From assembly GCF_001194135.2 (NCBI RefSeq), contig NC_068987.1:38785487-38828799 (forward strand): DNA of 43,313 nt, in the 5' to 3' direction. The position numbers and the translations under genes are program-made. This document shows positions 41,429 to 43,313 of the stretch, in pieces. The DNA is from Octopus bimaculoides (lineage: Eukaryota). Numbering within the stretch: position 1 is the stretch's first letter; each line of letters opens with the position of its first letter. Under the pieces are notes generated by a model. That model was not told the DNA's origin and did no database searches. It saw only the letters and a list, made by a program, of their open reading frames with translations.

Positions 41429-42749
41429 CTGTATGTCTACACACCCAAAATTCTTTAATTGATTCTCTGTTTTGTTCGAGTTTTAAAACGTCAAGCGACA
41501 CGCATGATTACACTCTGAAGTCAAAACACAAAAACGTCTAAGAACTGGGCTAACCACTACTTATCCCAATAGTTTGTTTCTTTTCTTATCTCTTAAACAA
41601 TCTCGATGACCTAACAAACATTTCGTTCTTTCCCCCTTAATCCAACAATTTTGGTGATTGACATATATACATACTTAAGCCACACACACATGTGTGACTA
41701 TATAGATAAACACATGCGCTAATACTCCTATCTTTGCTTTGTGTGTATGTGATTGTCCGAGTACATTTGTGTACAGGCGTATGTGTACGGGCGTATACAT
41801 GCATTTTTGTACATGTCTGTGTGCGTGCGCGCGTGAGTGTGTGCGTCTGTGTGAATACAAGTATATATCTATATCTATATATATATATATATGTATATGA
41901 TCGAGTGTGCGCGTCTACCCCTATATCTCCCAATATGTGCATGCTTTTTAATACTTTGGGATAGAACTTTCCAAAATTATAAACATAAACTTTCTCACTT
42001 ATAACGCCTGCATGTACTGAAAATGTAACTTTCCCAAATAAAGTACACTCCATATTCAAGGCTCTGATGAAGCTATAGGATGTTATCCTGGAACTCAACT
42101 AAGAGTCTCCTACATCATAGAGCAGAAGCAGTTGTAAGCTAATGAAGTTCATTACATAACATTTGTTTTTTCCGGTGTCATCTCTTTAATTTCTGTGTAA
42201 TTACATTATATTCATATTTCAGTAATTATGCTATTAAATTCTTGTCATATTTTCACGTCGACCCCTCACATAAATATTCATACATGCATTTCACTGATCC
42301 TCAGAACGTAAATTCAGTGGGAATCACTGACAACCACCTTGATATCAGTGTCAAAACCGTCCTGTGGTATTACAATGATGTTTTTATAAACAGATACCAT
42401 GCACCACACAATTCCTTGCGTATGCATATACTTACATATACACACACGCACGCGTAGATATTAATACCGGCATACACGCAAAAATACAGAATAGTGCATG
42501 TATGTTCACAGAATGTGCATACGTTTGCATATCGTTTTTCTTTACATTTCAATGAAAAAATCATAGCAGTCTAACCTCCACGACCTCCACCTAAACTCTC
42601 CAGTGCATTTCGAGCTTCGCTCAAATCTGAACTGATCTCAGGATATCCAGCTTCTTCACATTCAGATATAGAACGTTCTAAACTTGATCTGTCCTTCTGC
42701 CGCATTGCTGCATTTAACTCGTCTCGTAATTTTTCGGGTGACTTATGAT
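3154..42749 (-). CDS. Partial multi-exon gene: tandem array of 30 homologous phase-1 exons encoding ~58-aa helical repeats (1740 codons when spliced); tentatively the C-terminal repeat region of a hillarin/KY-like protein
   Basis: Seen: 30 exons with AG acceptors and AG|GT donors, all lengths divisible by 3, no internal stops, shared motif KD-x3-LE-x2-I-x-EC-x3-G[YF]PEL-x3-[LI]-x2-AR-x2-L. No initiator exon or clear terminal exon in the window. The family link is recollection only and needs BLASTP. Confidence 0.9.
5045..5218 (-). CDS. Repeat exon E29 (type B), 174 nt
   Basis: TTAG|GA..GGAG|GTTAG; [57 protein letters not shown]. Confidence 0.92.
5549..5728 (-). CDS. Repeat exon E28 (type A), 180 nt
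   Basis: TTAG|GA..GGAG|GTTAG; [59 protein letters not shown]. Confidence 0.9.
7060..7188. repeat. (GT)n microsatellite
   Basis: Direct reading. Confidence 0.95.
7857..8080 (+). mobile_element. SINE, family 1 (ggcggcgagctggcagaaacgttagc... head)
   Basis: Same head at 22561 (+) and inverted at 12166 and 14546; B-box-like gagttcaaattcc. Confidence 0.75.
8085..8424 (-). mobile_element. SINE, family 2 (taggcgcaggagtggctgtgtggtaag... head), diverged
   Basis: Reverse-complement similarity to 9975-10382, with an internal (CA)n tract. Confidence 0.65.
9840..9959 (+). rRNA. 5S: 5S rRNA gene copy, probably a pseudogene (altered 5' helix arm, no oligo-T terminator)
   Basis: tacggccatatcacgttgagagcaccggttctcgtccgatcaccgaagttaagcaacgtcg...tacttagatgggtgaccgcttgggaaacctaggtgctgttagc matches the metazoan 5S pattern, including the internal control region, over ~120 nt. 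Confidence 0.9.
9975..10382 (+). mobile_element. SINE, family 2, near full length
   Basis: taggcgcaggagtagctgt head, ggttccaggttcagtccc B-box-like motif, central TA/TG microsatellite, cagtcaaatgactgaaacaagtaa tail. Confidence 0.8.
11950..12166 (-). mobile_element. SINE, family 1
   Basis: ctaacgattctgccagctcgccgcct is the reverse complement of the family-1 head. Confidence 0.7.
14150..14546 (-). mobile_element. Two adjacent or nested family-1 SINE copies
   Basis: atcgaccccagt...ttaatttatcgac...gaaaggatgaa block occurs twice; head ctgccagctcgccgcct at 14530-14546. Confidence 0.7.
14908..15081 (-). CDS. Repeat exon E27 (type B), 174 nt; absent from ORF track
   Basis: CTAG|GA..AGAG|GTTAG; [57 protein letters not shown]. 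Confidence 0.9.
15425..15595 (-). CDS. Repeat exon E26 (type A), 171 nt; absent from ORF track
   Basis: CTAG|AT..CGAG|GTCAG; [56 protein letters not shown]. Confidence 0.88.
15695..16880 (+). mobile_element. Mariner DNA transposon, full length, decayed transposase
   Basis: Imperfect TIRs ta-tgagggtgagctacaaagttca / tgaactttacaactgaccctcg-ta. Motifs [39 protein letters not shown] and [14 protein letters not shown] lie in different frames. Confidence 0.85.
17120..17305 (-). CDS. Repeat exon E25 (type B), 186 nt with acidic linker
   Basis: TTAG|GA..GAAG|GTTAG; [61 protein letters not shown]. Confidence 0.9.
17625..17798 (-). CDS. Repeat exon E24 (type A), 174 nt
   Basis: GTAG|CT..GGAG|GTTAG; [57 protein letters not shown]. 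Confidence 0.92.
18169..18342 (-). CDS. Repeat exon E23 (type B), 174 nt; absent from ORF track
   Basis: GCAG|GG..GGAG|GTTCG; [57 protein letters not shown]. Confidence 0.9.
18716..18889 (-). CDS. Repeat exon E22 (type A), 174 nt
   Basis: TTAG|GA..GGAG|GTTAC; [57 protein letters not shown]. Confidence 0.9.
19118..19291 (-). CDS. Repeat exon E21 (type B), 174 nt
   Basis: ATAG|GA..GAAG|GTTAG; [57 protein letters not shown]. Confidence 0.92.
19530..19703 (-). CDS. Repeat exon E20 (type A), 174 nt
   Basis: GTAG|AG..GGAG|GTTGG; [57 protein letters not shown]. Confidence 0.9.
19995..20600. repeat. Compound (TA)n/(TATAC) low-complexity tract spanning an N gap
   Basis: Direct reading. Confidence 0.9.
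20845..21018 (-). CDS. Repeat exon E19 (type B), 174 nt; absent from ORF track
   Basis: TTAG|GA..GGAG|GTTAG; [57 protein letters not shown]. Confidence 0.92.
21070..21162. repeat. (GT)n microsatellite
   Basis: Direct reading. Confidence 0.95.
21492..21665 (-). CDS. Repeat exon E18 (type A), 174 nt
   Basis: GTAG|GA..GGAG|GTCAG; [57 protein letters not shown]. Confidence 0.9.
22151..22324 (-). CDS. Repeat exon E17 (type B), 174 nt; absent from ORF track
   Basis: CCAG|GG..AGAG|GTTAG; [57 protein letters not shown]. Confidence 0.92.
22561..22791 (+). mobile_element. SINE, family 1, with target-site duplication
   Basis: Flanked by the direct repeat agaaacattta (22550-22560 and 22792-22802). 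Confidence 0.8.
23092..23265 (-). CDS. Repeat exon E16 (type A), 174 nt; absent from ORF track
   Basis: TCAG|CT..GGAG|GTTAG; [57 protein letters not shown]. Confidence 0.92.
23480..24450 (-). mobile_element. Decayed RTE-like LINE fragment
   Basis: Minus-strand remnants such as [22 protein letters not shown] and [12 protein letters not shown], interrupted by stops and frameshifts; boundaries approximate. Confidence 0.55.
24977..25150 (-). CDS. Repeat exon E15 (type B), 174 nt; not shown on this strand in ORF track
   Basis: ATAG|GA..GGAG|GTTAG; [57 protein letters not shown]. Confidence 0.9.
25478..25636 (-). CDS. Repeat exon E14 (type A), 159 nt via a shifted acceptor; absent from ORF track
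   Basis: CGTTAG|AA..GGAG|GTTAG; [52 protein letters not shown]. No AG at the 174-nt position, so the 5' boundary is less certain. Confidence 0.82.
26301..26655 (+). mobile_element. SINE, family 2, diverged
   Basis: aaccacatggtt..caatcctactgtacggcacctagggcaagt head and tccatgactgaaacaaa tail. Confidence 0.6.
26843..27016 (-). CDS. Repeat exon E13 (type B), 174 nt
   Basis: TTAG|GC..GCAG|GTTAG; [57 protein letters not shown]. Confidence 0.9.
27225..27343. repeat. (CATA)n microsatellite
   Basis: Direct reading. Confidence 0.9.
28110..28283 (-). CDS. Repeat exon E12 (type A), 174 nt
   Basis: ACAG|AT..GGAG|GTTAG; [57 protein letters not shown]. Confidence 0.92.
28623..28796 (-). CDS. Repeat exon E11 (type B), 174 nt; not shown on this strand in ORF track
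   Basis: TTAG|GG..GGAG|GTTCG; [57 protein letters not shown]. Confidence 0.88.
29293..29466 (-). CDS. Repeat exon E10 (type A), 174 nt
   Basis: TTAG|TC..GGAG|GTTAA; [57 protein letters not shown]. Confidence 0.92.
30171..30572 (+). mobile_element. Penelope-like element fragment (GIY-YIG endonuclease C-terminus)
   Basis: [65 protein letters not shown] follows the Penelope endonuclease pattern. Confidence 0.8.
31913..32086 (-). CDS. Repeat exon E9 (type A), 174 nt; absent from ORF track
   Basis: ACAG|GT..GAAG|GTTAG; [57 protein letters not shown]. Confidence 0.92.
32586..32759 (-). CDS. Repeat exon E8 (type B), 174 nt; absent from ORF track
   Basis: TTAG|AT..GGAG|GTTAG; [57 protein letters not shown]. 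Confidence 0.92.
33128..33301 (-). CDS. Repeat exon E7 (type A), 174 nt; absent from ORF track
   Basis: TCAG|AT..GAAG|GTTAG; [57 protein letters not shown]. Confidence 0.88.
33414..34179. mobile_element. Mariner-derived foldback element with two 5' ends in inverted orientation
   Basis: ta-tgaggggaagtcaaaagttacccgcacttt / aaagtgcggataatttttgacttctcg-ta TIRs, >200 bp of inverted subterminal similarity, and an N-terminal HTH remnant [33 protein letters not shown]; centre is an N gap. Confidence 0.75.
34560..34900 (-). mobile_element. Tc1/mariner transposase 3' fragment
   Basis: [12 protein letters not shown] resembles the (W)PPNSPDLNPLDY motif; downstream gaggccgtggtggaaagc (EAVV) resembles the Tc1-like C-terminus; boundaries approximate. 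Confidence 0.6.
35338..35511 (-). CDS. Repeat exon E6 (type B), 174 nt
   Basis: GAAG|GA..AAAG|GTTGG; [57 protein letters not shown]. Confidence 0.88.
35789..35962 (-). CDS. Repeat exon E5 (type A), 174 nt
   Basis: TTAG|CC..GGAG|GTTAG; [57 protein letters not shown]. Confidence 0.92.
36188..36361 (-). CDS. Repeat exon E4 (type B), 174 nt
   Basis: TCAG|GA..AGAG|GTTAG; [57 protein letters not shown]. Confidence 0.92.
36510..37071 (-). mobile_element. SINE, family 2, with expanded internal (GATA)n/(TA)n microsatellite
   Basis: accacacagccacgcctgcgccta is the reverse complement of the family-2 head. Confidence 0.75.
38470..38643 (-). CDS. Repeat exon E3 (type A), 174 nt
   Basis: TCAG|GT..GGAG|GTTAG; [57 protein letters not shown]. 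Confidence 0.92.
39276..39449 (-). CDS. Repeat exon E2 (type B), 174 nt
   Basis: TTAG|GA..GGAG|GTTAG; [57 protein letters not shown]. Confidence 0.92.
39711..39790. repeat. 24-bp minisatellite (acacatacagcacgcaacacaaac) x3
   Basis: Three direct copies; explains the YSTQHKHT repeat in the spurious ORF. Confidence 0.8.
40050..41348 (+). mobile_element. Mariner DNA transposon, near full length, decayed transposase
   Basis: Motifs [65 protein letters not shown]; ends aaaagtaaccggaa / ttccggtttc..cccctcgta. Confidence 0.85.
42576..42749 (-). CDS. Repeat exon E1 (type A), 174 nt
   Basis: ACAG|AT..GGAG|GTTAG; [57 protein letters not shown]. Confidence 0.92.
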
Positions 42750-43252
42750 CTGTCATTGAAATAATTATCATCAACAAAGGTGGAAACAAATATATTTATA
42801 TTTTTCATTTTGCTTTGGTGTATTTATTTATTTATTTATTTATTTTCTATTAATAGAAATTAATTTTGATATAAAATAATTTTAATAAAGACAAATAAAA
42901 TAAAACATTCTCTTACCACACGCAGACTACTAAACTATTAAGGAAAAGTTGTTCTCTTAGACCAGGTATGTTTGTGTGATTAGGTTCGATTTATAACCAC
43001 ATGCTTTCCTCCAGTATCATCTACTATAGCTCTGGGCTAACCAATGCCTTATGAGTGAATTTGGTAGGCAGAAATTATAAAGAAACTTTTGTGTGCGCGT
43101 GTGTGTGTGTGTGCGTGTGTGCGCGTGTGTGTGTGTGGTGAGAGGGAGAGAGAGCGAGGGATAAGGATGGAGAGCAAGTGAATGTGAATGTGTGAGTGAG
43201 TGTGCAGATCATTTTTTCGAAGCTCTAACGATTTGCCCATCCTGCACCCTAC

Positions 43253-43313
<61 letters not shown>
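43253..43313. repeat. (AAT)n microsatellite
   Basis: Direct reading; runs to the window end. Confidence 0.95.

Noticed and set aside
3154-42749. Reading the modules as last exons of 30 separate tandem paralogous genes
   Set aside because: Many spacers are only 225-500 nt, with no other coding exons or start context.
3154-42749. AATAAA hexamers downstream of the read-through stops as evidence of intronic polyadenylation
   Set aside because: The introns are very AT-rich, so the hexamer is uninformative without 3'-end data.
963-43240. Many ORF-track entries rich in YI/CV/HT dipeptides or X runs, and plus-strand ORFs antisense to array exons
   Set aside because: These are translations of microsatellites, N gaps or antisense shadows of the real exons.
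1-43313. CRISPR-like or prokaryotic system suggested by regularly recurring ctaacctcc motifs
   Set aside because: The motif is the reverse complement of the exon end plus splice donor; spacing is irregular and the context is eukaryotic.

Overview
AT-rich, microsatellite- and SINE-dense eukaryotic genomic DNA with several N gaps. The repeat families look coleoid cephalopod (octopus-like); this is my inference. The main structure, only partly visible in the ORF track, is a minus-strand array of 30 short homologous coding exons (3154-42749). 26 are exactly 174 nt and the other four are 159, 171, 180 and 186 nt. All are symmetric phase-1/phase-1 with AG acceptors and AG|GT donors. Each encodes a ~58-aa helical module (xKSP-L-R--L--A---KD---LE--I-EC---G[YF]PEL---L--AR--L--LGGG-GG). 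Spliced end to end they give 5220 nt / 1740 codons with no stop, and the gene appears to run out of the window on both sides. The modules fall into two subtypes (A and B) that alternate strictly, with one break across an assembly gap. In 22 of 30 exons the donor overlaps an in-frame stop (G|GT-TAG/TAA), so each of these can act as an internal repeat or as a terminal exon ending in Gly-stop (often Gly-Gly-stop). From memory the module resembles the C-terminal repeat of hillarin/KY-type (transglutaminase-like) proteins; this is unverified. The introns carry decayed RTE LINEs, Tc1/mariner copies, a Penelope GIY-YIG fragment, foldback elements, two SINE families and a 5S rRNA copy directly abutting a SINE.
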